The position numbers and the translations under genes are program-made. Positions 18,486 to 27,425 of a stretch of 38,665 bases of DNA are shown here, piece after piece. A model generated the notes under the pieces. It was not told the origin of the DNA. It ran no database searches and was given only the letters and a program-made list of their open reading frames with translations. This DNA comes from Promethearchaeati archaeon (GTDB taxonomy: Archaea; Asgardarchaeota; Heimdallarchaeia; JABLTI01), in the NCBI GenBank assembly GCA_013166835.1, contig JABLTI010000027.1, positions 1 to 38,665 of the forward strand. The letters are read 5' to 3'. How positions within the stretch are numbered: position 1 is the first letter of the stretch; each line of letters opens with the position of its first letter.

Positions 18486-19055
18486 TTACTCTTGACTCGC
18501 ATCTAATGAAACATCTTGTTTCTGCATTTCAGCAATTTCCTTCCTGAATTTCTCAATTGGTTTCTCTTTCTTTCGACCAAATTTAGTTACAATGGGAATA
18601 AGGACACCAAATGTTAGTAAAGCCGATATTGGTATGATTGCCCAATCCATACCTATTGGGCCATCGTTTGGTGGAAAAACGAGATCAATTGCCAAAAGCA
18701 AACCACTTGCTCCAAACATAAGAATTGGTCCAACAATCCACGCAATAGCAGGGCGCTTAAAAATAATGAAACTCACAATATAAGCAAAAAATAATCCTCC
18801 TACGGCCCACCAAGCCCAATCTACTCGTATCCATGCAGTATTAGGCAAAGTAACAACATCAATGATAATTAGGAACACACTAATCAAAAAAATATTCAAT
18901 GGCGTAACCCACCACTTGTATTTTGGTATTCGATCCCAAAATGTTCTCTTAGTATGTGAAATATTGCTTTCCTTTTCTTGTGTGGTTGCTTGAATTGACT
19001 GCAAAATATCTTTTGAATTTATCTCTATTGTTTCCTTTTTCTTCTTCGCACTCAT
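18486..19055 (-). CDS. Hypothetical membrane protein with an internal two-helix repeat
   Basis: Four TM segments; repeated LxxID...DWA pattern. Confidence 0.7.
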   Translation of the reverse strand: MSAKKKKETIEINSKDILQSIQATTQEKESNISHTKRTFWDRIPKYKWWVTPLNIFLISVFLIIIDVVTLPNTAWIRVDWAWWAVGGLFFAYIVSFIIFKRPAIAWIVGPILMFGASGLLLAIDLVFPPNDGPIGMDWAIIPISALLTFGVLIPIVTKFGRKKEKPIEKFRKEIAEMQKQDVSLDASQE

Positions 19056-19157
19056 GACTATCAATTGAAATTCTACGAATAACTATTTATTATTTTGTAA
19101 TCCAGTCAATATTTGAGTAACCAATTCACTACAAAATGATTGCAAAATCGTAAGCTA

Positions 19158-20822
19158 TTATATTTCTTCTTCCACAGTAATTGCTTTTCCATCATTGAAT
19201 ATTTTTCCATCTTTTAACTCAATAACTCGAGTTCTGTCTCTAACCAGGTTTATATCATGAGTGGTAATCAACAATGTGATTTTTAGTTGTTTATGGATTT
19301 TGTAGAGCTGATCCATTACATTATCAGCAAGTTCTGCATCCATATTAGCGGTTGGTTCATCTAATATCAGAAAACCAGGTGCCCCAAAATTGGCAATAGC
19401 TAAGGAAGCTCTTTGTAATTCCCCTCCAGAAATCTCTAATGGATATGAGTTCTTTCTGTGATCGATTTGAAACTTAGTGAAGGTTTCATCAATTTTATCT
19501 TGTGGGTACTTCTTAAGAATTATATTATTACCTGAAAGCATATCTCTGATAAAGAGATTCTCAGTCACTGTGATGAATGGATGCAAATCTCCTTGTTGGG
19601 AAACAATGCCAATATTATTTCTTCTGAATTTTGCTCGTTCGGCATCATTCAAATTGTGTAATTCTTCATTTAAAACAGAAATATTGCCAGCACTGCAAGG
19701 TTCAATTCCAGTAATAAGTTTGATAATAGTAGTTTTACCGGAACCACTTGGTCCAATAATGAATGCTAATTCTCCTTTAATGATCTCTATATCTATATCA
19801 GTCAAAGCTGGAACTTCTAAGTTTTTACTCCGATAGATTTTATCAACGCCCTTCAAACTAATCTCGATTTCTTTCTTATCAAAATAATTTGCTTTTAATG
19901 GAGTAATAGACAATTTTTTCTGTTTCTTCATTTCTGCGACATCAATCTTCTTAGGAGGGATTCCATCTGGATGTAAGATCTCAACTTTGGAATCTTCTGT
20001 TACTACAAAATCAACTTTATCCTTTAGATGGAGTAAATCATAGACCTCATTTGGGATTCGAATGTTCTGTGAAGAATCAATTTGTCCTTTGAAAAATATG
20101 GGAAATTCTCGTTGATTGAGGATCCCACTTTCTTCGACATTAAAGAGCGAACTTACACGACCACTGTGAATCTCACAGGTTTTATCTACACCTCTTAGGA
20201 AGCGCATATCATGTGTTACAACTAAAACAGTAGTTCCATATTCTCGAGCGATTTGTCTCAACATTTCCTTAACTATTTCAGTATTCTCAGAGTCTAATTG
20301 TCCCGTGGGTTCATCACATAACAAAAGGGGAGCATTTTTCGCTAAAGCACTTGCTATAGATGTTCTGATCATTTCTCCACCGGAGAGATAACTAACTCGT
20401 CGATTTTCAAGATGAGCTATTCCTAATGTTTCTAGAATTTCCATGTTTCGTCTTCGATTTTCAGAGCGATTATCTGAATATAGACTAGAAGCAAAGTTAA
20501 GATTATCTATTACAGTGCCTGAGAGAAACAACGTTCGCTCTGGAAACTGATGAACTAATCCGACCATATTTAATCGGTAATCCAATAACTCAGCTAGCTC
20601 TAATTTTCCAACATCATAAGATCCAACTCTTACATCACCACTTGAAACAGCTACCATTCCTGCGAAGATTTGAATTAGAGTAGATTTCCCAGAACCACTT
20701 GGACCAATTATCGAGATAACTTCTCCTTTCTTGACTCGTAAGTCAATTCCACGTAAGGCAGCTATTCGAGTTTTTGTTTCTTCATCGGTGTAAATTTTTA
20801 TTACATCATTACAGTGAATCAT
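19158..20822 (-). CDS. Double-NBD ABC ATPase (LolD/MacB-like) with a central AbrB-like domain
   Basis: GPSGSGKS/LSGGE/DEPT and GPSGSGKT/ISGGE/DEPT; linker GQIDSSQNIRIPNEVYDLLHL. Confidence 0.92.
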   Translation of the reverse strand: MIHCNDVIKIYTDEETKTRIAALRGIDLRVKKGEVISIIGPSGSGKSTLIQIFAGMVAVSSGDVRVGSYDVGKLELAELLDYRLNMVGLVHQFPERTLFLSGTVIDNLNFASSLYSDNRSENRRRNMEILETLGIAHLENRRVSYLSGGEMIRTSIASALAKNAPLLLCDEPTGQLDSENTEIVKEMLRQIAREYGTTVLVVTHDMRFLRGVDKTCEIHSGRVSSLFNVEESGILNQREFPIFFKGQIDSSQNIRIPNEVYDLLHLKDKVDFVVTEDSKVEILHPDGIPPKKIDVAEMKKQKKLSITPLKANYFDKKEIEISLKGVDKIYRSKNLEVPALTDIDIEIIKGELAFIIGPSGSGKTTIIKLITGIEPCSAGNISVLNEELHNLNDAERAKFRRNNIGIVSQQGDLHPFITVTENLFIRDMLSGNNIILKKYPQDKIDETFTKFQIDHRKNSYPLEISGGELQRASLAIANFGAPGFLILDEPTANMDAELADNVMDQLYKIHKQLKITLLITTHDINLVRDRTRVIELKDGKIFNDGKAITVEEEI

Positions 20823-20827
20823 TTTAT

Positions 20828-23704
20828 CTACTCCTGTTTAACTGGTCTGTATCGATAAATCGCTGGTATCAAAGCTAGAAGCCATCCCAGCATTGAGATG
20901 ACTAAACCGCCTATTATTATCAGTACTATTGTCCAAGCAGGTATGCCTGGAGTATATGGTTGATAGAAGCTTTGTGACTCTAAGAAGAAATCTGCTACTA
21001 AACCAAATAATGGTAGAGATGCAAATACTGTGATCAGCAATGGTAGGGATATTACCAAAAAGTACTCAAACGTAAAGATAGCTAAAATTTGTCCTCTAAT
21101 TGCACCAACACGATATAAGGATTCGATTATTCGACCCCTTTCTTCATATATTTTCAAGCCTGTAAAGTAACTAACAAATATGATTGTAATAGCAGCTAAT
21201 ACAGCAAAAATTAGAATGTTATTTATAGGGAAGGTAACTAAACCAGAATACATTGAATCATAAATTTCTTCATAAGTTTGTGATGTAAAATTCAAAGCAT
21301 CTAGTTTTTCTTGGACAATCGAAACGGCTGATTCATTTACAACATTTATTAACTTATAATTCAGAATACGGAAATCAGTTGAGAAATCAATGCTTCTAGC
21401 AATCTCTCTTGCTGTAAATCTTTTCCCAACAATTGAGAAGGTGTCGAAATTTGGTACGAATGCTCTGTTAGTAGGATATGGTGTTAGTGGGAAAACTCTG
21501 AATGAATTAATGAAAGTTAAATTCTTTGGAAAACGAGTGAAATCATCAGGGATATATGTATCGCCAGGTCTCAAACCTCGATTTCTTTTGAATTTTATAT
21601 CTCCTAAAATTGTCATGTTGTTTTCTAAAGCACGAATATCTTCAACTGAACTTGAATAACTTCTTAGCTTATCAATATCAATAACTTCTAGGAATTCAGT
21701 AACATTTTCCAGTGAAACTATATTAACACTAAATGAATTAGGATAACGTCCAACTTCATTTTCGTCTGTGAAAGTATATACTTCAGCTTCTGTAAAGCTT
21801 GAAATCTCAGTGATATTTTCTAGTAGCACATCTTTTACTTCTGTTGGATCTACCCAATGACTGATTAGTAGATGGCAATCGCCCATTTTTAGATTGACTT
21901 CATTTCCAATATTTGTTTCAAGTGATTTGTTCATTGTTAATCCTGGGACTATTAATAGACCAAACAATAGAACACCCAGTATTGCTAACTGGTATGATTT
22001 CTTATAGACAGACAAATGTTGAATGGATAATGAATACAAATTGAGTCTTTTGGGCCAAACACTCTTACTGATAAAAGCCCAAAACATAGAAATGACTCGA
22101 GCAATAATTAAGAATGCAAAAGTTAGAAGAAATGCCACAGTGCACGTAATCATGAACCAGAAGAGTGTCAAATAAGACATGCTGGATACTACTATAGAAA
22201 TCTCTCCTAAATTTCGATACACCATAAAGAGGGAAATTGAGACAATTGTAAAAATTAAAGCTATAACAAACAATCTGAATTCGTTTGTAGAGAAAATCCC
22301 ACGGATTCTTCCTCTTTTCTCTTTGAATTCTTCCGGTGTGGTTTGAGTTGTTTTCTTAGCGATGGTATTTTGTATATAGAAGCTTAATCCGAAAAATCCT
22401 ACAATTATTGTTCCTAGACCCATAAGCAGTAATGGTTCTAACATGAAATTAAGATAATAATTCGAAGGTTGACTTTCAATTCCCATAGTAAAAAGATAAC
22501 TTACACCAAATCCCAATGAAGTTCCCACTATAAAGCTGACAAACGTAAATATCAAGTTTTCAAAGAAAACCATTCTTCTTACTGAGCGATAACTTAAACC
22601 ATAAAGTTTCATTCTTCGAAATACTGCACCTAGCTCTCTTGAACCAATATTCAGAGTAACTACACTCAGAAGGCCAACTATGAACAGAAGTGGAGCATTT
22701 AACGGCAATAATTTTGTTGTATTCAATGTCCAAAGACTATTAAATTGGATCAAAAATAATTTCAAATCCTGACATAATAAAACAGGACTTTCTGTAAAAA
22801 CTGATTCTAACAAATCATTCAAGTCAGGTATTTCATAAATATAGTTTTGCCAATTCGTAGGTTTGATTGCTGAAGAATCATAACTTACATCAACTAGATA
22901 GGTTAGAATACCTTCATAAGATGTCATATTGTTTAGAACTTCAGTATAAAGTGAGTTATCAGTAACAAAAATGTTATACCGATAATAATTGAAAAATTCA
23001 ACAATACTACCTTCAAAATTCCAATTGAAGAGATCTAGTGAAAGACTTTCGTTTATAAAAGTCTCAGTCATATTCCCAACTAACCCTACAATTGTGAAAT
23101 TCTTGGCACGTCCTGTATGCCATTCACTATACAAAGTAATAGTATCATTAACTTGGAAGTCAGTTTGATTATTACTTGTTGTTAAATACAATAATTCTGA
23201 GTGATTCTGAGGAATACGTCCAGCTGTTATGTTTTGAATGAGACCAGTATATGTTCGATTATCGAACGTCATTATTTCATGATTAAGCCAAGGTTCCCCA
23301 GGAATAGTCGGATCAAAAGTGTAAATTTGAGTGCTTAGTGCAGTTGATTGATTTCGAAATTTAATATCAGGAAAGAGATCATTTACCATACTAGTGTAAT
23401 CTTGAGTAATAATCTCAAGGTAGGAGGTATTTAGATTAAATACACCCGGGGCATACTCGTTGGAACTAATGCTGATTAGACCATCATTGAACCAATTCTT
23501 CTCCTTTTGAAAAGATTGAAAAGTATTGAATCGATATGTGTAAACAATCATAACTAAACTTGTAATGGCAAGGAAAATAAGTGTCCCACAAATTACAGAA
23601 AGAGTTACTCTTCTCCGACCTGTTTTCAGAAAAATCTGAAATAATTGCCATTTGTTTCGCTTTCTACTTTCACTAGTTGGATCCACTTCAGTATTTGCCA
23701 TCAT
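20828..23704 (-). CDS. FtsX/MacB-like ABC permease with two large extracellular domains
   Basis: GRIP..E motif; R-x-LYG/VGA...E TM3 motifs occur twice; two 4-TM halves. Confidence 0.88.
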   Translation of the reverse strand: MMANTEVDPTSESRKRNKWQLFQIFLKTGRRRVTLSVICGTLIFLAITSLVMIVYTYRFNTFQSFQKEKNWFNDGLISISSNEYAPGVFNLNTSYLEIITQDYTSMVNDLFPDIKFRNQSTALSTQIYTFDPTIPGEPWLNHEIMTFDNRTYTGLIQNITAGRIPQNHSELLYLTTSNNQTDFQVNDTITLYSEWHTGRAKNFTIVGLVGNMTETFINESLSLDLFNWNFEGSIVEFFNYYRYNIFVTDNSLYTEVLNNMTSYEGILTYLVDVSYDSSAIKPTNWQNYIYEIPDLNDLLESVFTESPVLLCQDLKLFLIQFNSLWTLNTTKLLPLNAPLLFIVGLLSVVTLNIGSRELGAVFRRMKLYGLSYRSVRRMVFFENLIFTFVSFIVGTSLGFGVSYLFTMGIESQPSNYYLNFMLEPLLLMGLGTIIVGFFGLSFYIQNTIAKKTTQTTPEEFKEKRGRIRGIFSTNEFRLFVIALIFTIVSISLFMVYRNLGEISIVVSSMSYLTLFWFMITCTVAFLLTFAFLIIARVISMFWAFISKSVWPKRLNLYSLSIQHLSVYKKSYQLAILGVLLFGLLIVPGLTMNKSLETNIGNEVNLKMGDCHLLISHWVDPTEVKDVLLENITEISSFTEAEVYTFTDENEVGRYPNSFSVNIVSLENVTEFLEVIDIDKLRSYSSSVEDIRALENNMTILGDIKFKRNRGLRPGDTYIPDDFTRFPKNLTFINSFRVFPLTPYPTNRAFVPNFDTFSIVGKRFTAREIARSIDFSTDFRILNYKLINVVNESAVSIVQEKLDALNFTSQTYEEIYDSMYSGLVTFPINNILIFAVLAAITIIFVSYFTGLKIYEERGRIIESLYRVGAIRGQILAIFTFEYFLVISLPLLITVFASLPLFGLVADFFLESQSFYQPYTPGIPAWTIVLIIIGGLVISMLGWLLALIPAIYRYRPVKQE

Positions 23705-23760
23705 TAATACCAATTTATTCTCACAAATTCCATTTAAAAGAGTTCATCTTAATCTTGGTA

Positions 23761-23778
23761 TTCTCACTTCTATGAGAA
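23761..23778. promoter_or_regulatory. Palindromic operator TTCTCA-N6-TGAGAA, copy 2 (upstream of the ABC operon)
   Basis: TTCTCA cttcta TGAGAA; extra half-site at 23718-23723. Confidence 0.7.
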
Positions 23779-23857
23779 AATGCTCTTATTCAACAAAATT
23801 AGGTTTTTACAAACAAAGAAAAAAAATGAAGAAAAAATAAAGAAGTTTGAATATAAT

Positions 23858-24493
23858 CTAGGATGAGTAAATTTTCTCTAATTCCATTTTTATATCATAT
23901 TTCAAAAGAATTGCTATCCAAGAAGCGTATTCAAGAGCAAAAAGGATATTTTTACCTTCTAAATCGCCAAGTTTATTCATAGTTTCTTCATCGGCTTTCT
24001 CATACAAATCCATGATATATTGATCCCTTTCATTATCGATCTTATCAAAGAATTTCTTGAATGCTTTTTTACCGATTTTTTTGTTACCATATTGTTGTTT
24101 CAACAACAGATACATTGAATCAAAAATTGGTGAATGAAAATCTTCTTTTTCTTTTTTAGCTAAAGGAATCTTTAATATGAAAGCATTTGAAGTTCGCATA
24201 TATAGTGTTTCACTTATCAAATCACTTTCATTTTTAGTGGTAATTCTTTTACCAGCTTTAGCGACAAGTTTCGCCTGGATGAGTTTGTGCAAATAGCGGT
24301 AAATGCTTTTATCGGATTTCTCTTCTTCAATCCGCTTGAAATTATCACTTAGGTCATGTATTGTCATAGCTCCTTTTCGAAGAAATTTTAAAACGTAGTT
24401 CAGATTTTCATCTGAAAATAGCTTGTTCTTTTTCTCATCTTTAATGAAAATCATTTTCGCGGGTTTATAGGTTATTACATCTTGGGAAGACAT
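23858..24493 (-). CDS. Winged-helix (ArsR-like) transcriptional regulator, paralog 2
   Basis: VLKFLRKGAMTIHDL...SDKSIYRYLHKLIQAKLV...ETLY; 211 aa, paralogous to its neighbour. Confidence 0.82.
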   Translation of the reverse strand: MSSQDVITYKPAKMIFIKDEKKNKLFSDENLNYVLKFLRKGAMTIHDLSDNFKRIEEEKSDKSIYRYLHKLIQAKLVAKAGKRITTKNESDLISETLYMRTSNAFILKIPLAKKEKEDFHSPIFDSMYLLLKQQYGNKKIGKKAFKKFFDKIDNERDQYIMDLYEKADEETMNKLGDLEGKNILFALEYASWIAILLKYDIKMELEKIYSS

Positions 24494-24507
24494 TACACAT
24501 CACCACT

Positions 24508-25143
24508 TTACTCGCACTTAGCAAGCTCCTTTTTCATATCTATTTTAGCAGCTAATGCAGCCCAACTCGTATAATTCAAACAATACTCTAATTCTCGCCA
24601 TTTCAATTCATTTATTTCCCGAATAGAGCTATCTTCGATATTTTTAAACAATTCAACTAACAAATCATCCCTATCTTGATCTATCTTAAACAAGAATTTT
24701 TGAAAGCAATCGCTATCCAATGTTTTACCATCAAGAACTGGTTTTAATAGGAGTCTTGCTGCATCAAAAACGGGACAAAAACCTTGTTCATAAAATTCAA
24801 GATCATGCTTTAATGATTCAGGAAAAATGAATGCTTTTGCAGCTCGCATATACAATGTTTCGCTTTTTAATTCATCTTCTGTAATTGAGATAATTCTCTT
24901 TCCAGCTTTCGCTACTAATTTTGCTTTTATTAAAGTATGAAGATAACGATAAATAGTTTTATCTGATTTCTCTTCTCCGCTTTTCTTAAAAAAGGTGACT
25001 AAATCCATAATTGTCATAGGTCCTTTTTGGAGGTATTTTAAAACAGGAAAAAGATTTTCATCTCGTATTACTTTTGCGGTTTTATCATCTTCTATGACTT
25101 TTACGATTTTTTGTGTATAAGTTATTACGTCTTGCGAATCCAT
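24508..25143 (-). CDS. Winged-helix (ArsR-like) transcriptional regulator, paralog 1
   Basis: VLKYLQKGPMTIMDL...SDKTIYRYLHTLIKAKLV...ETLY. Confidence 0.82.
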   Translation of the reverse strand: MDSQDVITYTQKIVKVIEDDKTAKVIRDENLFPVLKYLQKGPMTIMDLVTFFKKSGEEKSDKTIYRYLHTLIKAKLVAKAGKRIISITEDELKSETLYMRAAKAFIFPESLKHDLEFYEQGFCPVFDAARLLLKPVLDGKTLDSDCFQKFLFKIDQDRDDLLVELFKNIEDSSIREINELKWRELEYCLNYTSWAALAAKIDMKKELAKCE

Positions 25144-25292
25144 TCTATCAGCGCTCCTTCCTTCTTTTTTCTTGGTTTTAATTCATTTCGAATTTAGGGG
25201 CTTTTCAATCCTTATTTAAGGATTGTTTCTCATCTATATATTATATGATTCTTAAAGTATATAAATTTATTTCTTAATACTCTAAAATGAAA

Positions 25293-25310
25293 TTCTCAGC
25301 AGAATGAGAA
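25293..25310. promoter_or_regulatory. Palindromic operator TTCTCA-N6-TGAGAA, copy 3, next to a plus-strand TATA
   Basis: TTCTCA gcagaa TGAGAA, then atcTTATATAT, then a half-site at 25327-25332 (22 bp away). Confidence 0.72.
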
Positions 25311-25372
25311 ATCTTATATATGAGTATGAGAATAGTTTCCTACCAAAGTGGTAAAGTTTGGGTGAAAAAAAA

Positions 25373-25474
25373 GTGAAAGAGAAGAAAAGTATCCCCACAA
25401 AAAAAGATGGTAGAAGAGATATAGACAAAGTCAAGATTATCTTGACAATGTTTTACTCAGATGGTTTGATTTGA
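25373..25474 (+). CDS. Small peptide ORF A, 33 aa: MKEKKSIPTKKDGRRDIDKVKIILTMFYSDGLI
   Basis: GTG start after a GGGTGA SD-like element; downstream of the TATA box; below the ORF-track size cut-off. Confidence 0.55.
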   Translation: MKEKKSIPTKKDGRRDIDKVKIILTMFYSDGLI

Positions 25475-25503
25475 TCACTAAAAAAAATTAAAGGTAGATA
25501 GAA

Positions 25504-25578
25504 ATGAAAGAAATCAAGAAAATGAAAAAAGAAATCAAAAAGCAACTTGTTCCCTTATTGGAAAAGAAAAAATACTAA
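25504..25578 (+). CDS. Small peptide ORF B, 24 aa: MKEIKKMKKEIKKQLVPLLEKKKY
   Basis: ATG after an AGGT SD-like element; Lys-rich amphipathic sequence. Confidence 0.45.
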   Translation: MKEIKKMKKEIKKQLVPLLEKKKY

Positions 25579-25611
25579 TCAATATGATTCATGTAATATG
25601 AAGGGTCCAAA

Positions 25612-25701
25612 ATGAATGAAAAGAAGCAAGATTACAAAAAGAAAATCCAGGCAGATAAAAATAAAACCAGAATGAAATTCGCCCTATTTACTGGCAGATG
25701 A
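25612..25701 (+). CDS. Small peptide ORF C, 29 aa: MNEKKQDYKKKIQADKNKTRMKFALFTGR
   Basis: ATG after an AAGGGT SD-like element; stop codon runs into a GC-rich hairpin. Confidence 0.55.
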   Translation: MNEKKQDYKKKIQADKNKTRMKFALFTGR

Positions 25702-25730
25702 GAACGCTCCTTCCATGGGGAGCGCTCTTA
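25699..25730 (+). terminator. GC-rich hairpin ending the small-ORF transcript
   Basis: CGCTCCTT-ccat-GGGGAGCG; its U.G pairs form only on the plus strand. Confidence 0.55.
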
Positions 25731-25794
25731 TTCTCCAATAGTCTCTTGAAAAGAAACTTCTTATTTTAATCAATTATAATTAACTCAGCAAATT

Positions 25795-26721
25795 TTATTC
25801 TTCTGTATCTCCCTTTTTCCAAAATTTAAGATTTCGCTTAATTTTCAACCATTCTTCTTTGAATTCTCCAACCCATACAAATCCTATAGTGTCAGGACCA
25901 AGATGAGTACCAATAACGGGACCGATTTCCCATATTAACACTTCTTTGGGAGCCATTGGTTGTTTTTTCAGATACTCAGCCCAGATTTCAGCTTTCGCTT
26001 TATTATCACAGTGACCAACTATAACTAATTCAGATAAATGATGTTCTGCGATTTTGCGAGCGACTTTTCTCATATGTCTCAATAGTTCTTGTTCTTTACG
26101 AACTCTTCCCGGTGACGCAATCATTCCATCTGTAACAGTTACAAGAGGTTGGAAATTTAATGCCGCGCCAACTAAGTATTTCCCTCTGCTTAATCTACCT
26201 CCTTTATGTAGATATTTCAAAGAGGGACTACCACCAAAAACTTGAGTGTGAGGTATGGTCTTATTAACGAATTCTAGAACTTCTTCCTTAGATGCTCCTT
26301 TAGCAATCATTCTTGCTGCAGGGAGGATAATTAAGCTCATTGTTACTGAGAGAGTGTTTGTATCGATAAGAGTTACTCGATCATCAAAGAATTGTTTCTT
26401 AACCATTGAAGCAACAGAAAATGTTGCACTTAGCTTATTACCAATGCTAAAGAATAGAATTTCTTCATATTGTTCCAATGCCTTATCGATAGCTTCTTTG
26501 AAGGCTTTTGGAGCAGGAGCTCCAGTTGAGGGAAATTCTCCTTCTCGAAGGCGGGTATAATATTCCTTATTGGTAATATCTACATTTTGATTTTTTATTT
26601 CGTCTCCGAAAATTATCTTTAAAGGAACTGTTGCGATATTGAATTTTTTCAAATACTCGGGATCCATGTCACAAGTAGAATCAGCAACAATACCTAATTT
26701 TTCTTTCTTTTTTTTGCTCAT
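25795..26721 (-). CDS. DegV family fatty-acid-binding protein (second paralog)
   Basis: VADSTCD, YLHKGGRL, GPVIGTHLGP. Confidence 0.95.
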   Translation of the reverse strand: MSKKKKEKLGIVADSTCDMDPEYLKKFNIATVPLKIIFGDEIKNQNVDITNKEYYTRLREGEFPSTGAPAPKAFKEAIDKALEQYEEILFFSIGNKLSATFSVASMVKKQFFDDRVTLIDTNTLSVTMSLIILPAARMIAKGASKEEVLEFVNKTIPHTQVFGGSPSLKYLHKGGRLSRGKYLVGAALNFQPLVTVTDGMIASPGRVRKEQELLRHMRKVARKIAEHHLSELVIVGHCDNKAKAEIWAEYLKKQPMAPKEVLIWEIGPVIGTHLGPDTIGFVWVGEFKEEWLKIKRNLKFWKKGDTEE

Positions 26722-26893
26722 ACTATCAAATTCCTATAACATTATGAATTGAAAATATCTGATAATAGGTGTAATTTGAAACACATTAATCGTAAGAAAA
26801 TGTGTCATAGTAAGGAATATCTCCTATAATAAAATGCTTGTTTTTGTAATTTTTTAATTTTAACAGTTAAAACTCTTTTCTAGACACCTAAAA

Positions 26894-27310
26894 TCAGTCC
26901 ACAGGGATGGAAACTTCATGAACATGCACCCATTCTACCCCATTGACAGTTTTGTCCTTCTTGCGAAATAGAGCGGAGCTTAATCGAGCATTTGTCTTTC
27001 CAGCTACTTCTCCCCATTCTTCATAAATTACTAAACACAAATTGCCTTCTAGTAAGCGACATTCAATATTCTGTACCCATAATCGATAGGGGATCTCATC
27101 TGTCTTTCTGGATCCATAACCATTTTTGATTTGAGTAATGATTTGTTCTCGAGAAGATACTTGACCTATTGGTGAAATTAACATAAATTCTTCACTTAAA
27201 GCATCCTCTAATCGTGTAAAGACTTCATCTTTGTTTTCTATTTCCGATTTAAACCATTCTTCAAAGAACTTGTGCAATTCAATGACTTCTTTCTCACTTT
27301 GTTTTTTCAT
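26894..27310 (-). CDS. DUF4440/SnoaL-like NTF2-fold protein
   Basis: LHKFFEEWF, LSEEFMLISPIG, YEEW, RLSSALF, WVHVHE. Confidence 0.8.
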   Translation of the reverse strand: MKKQSEKEVIELHKFFEEWFKSEIENKDEVFTRLEDALSEEFMLISPIGQVSSREQIITQIKNGYGSRKTDEIPYRLWVQNIECRLLEGNLCLVIYEEWGEVAGKTNARLSSALFRKKDKTVNGVEWVHVHEVSIPVD

Positions 27311-27425
27311 TATCTTTGACCTCATTTCTCTCTTGCTTTGTACTATATTTTGGAAACAAGAATTATTATAAATTTAGCTGCTCAATTTATTGTGAAGACA
27401 TTGCGAAATTATAGGAGTTAGAGAA

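Noticed and set aside
15310-26560. ORFs 15310-15498, 15434-15976, 18186-18407, 18592-18783, 19477-19836, 21390-21659, 23652-23840, 26054-26245, 26255-26560
   Set aside because: Antisense shadows of degV, esterase, membrane and ABC genes; 23652-23840 also runs through the operator/promoter.
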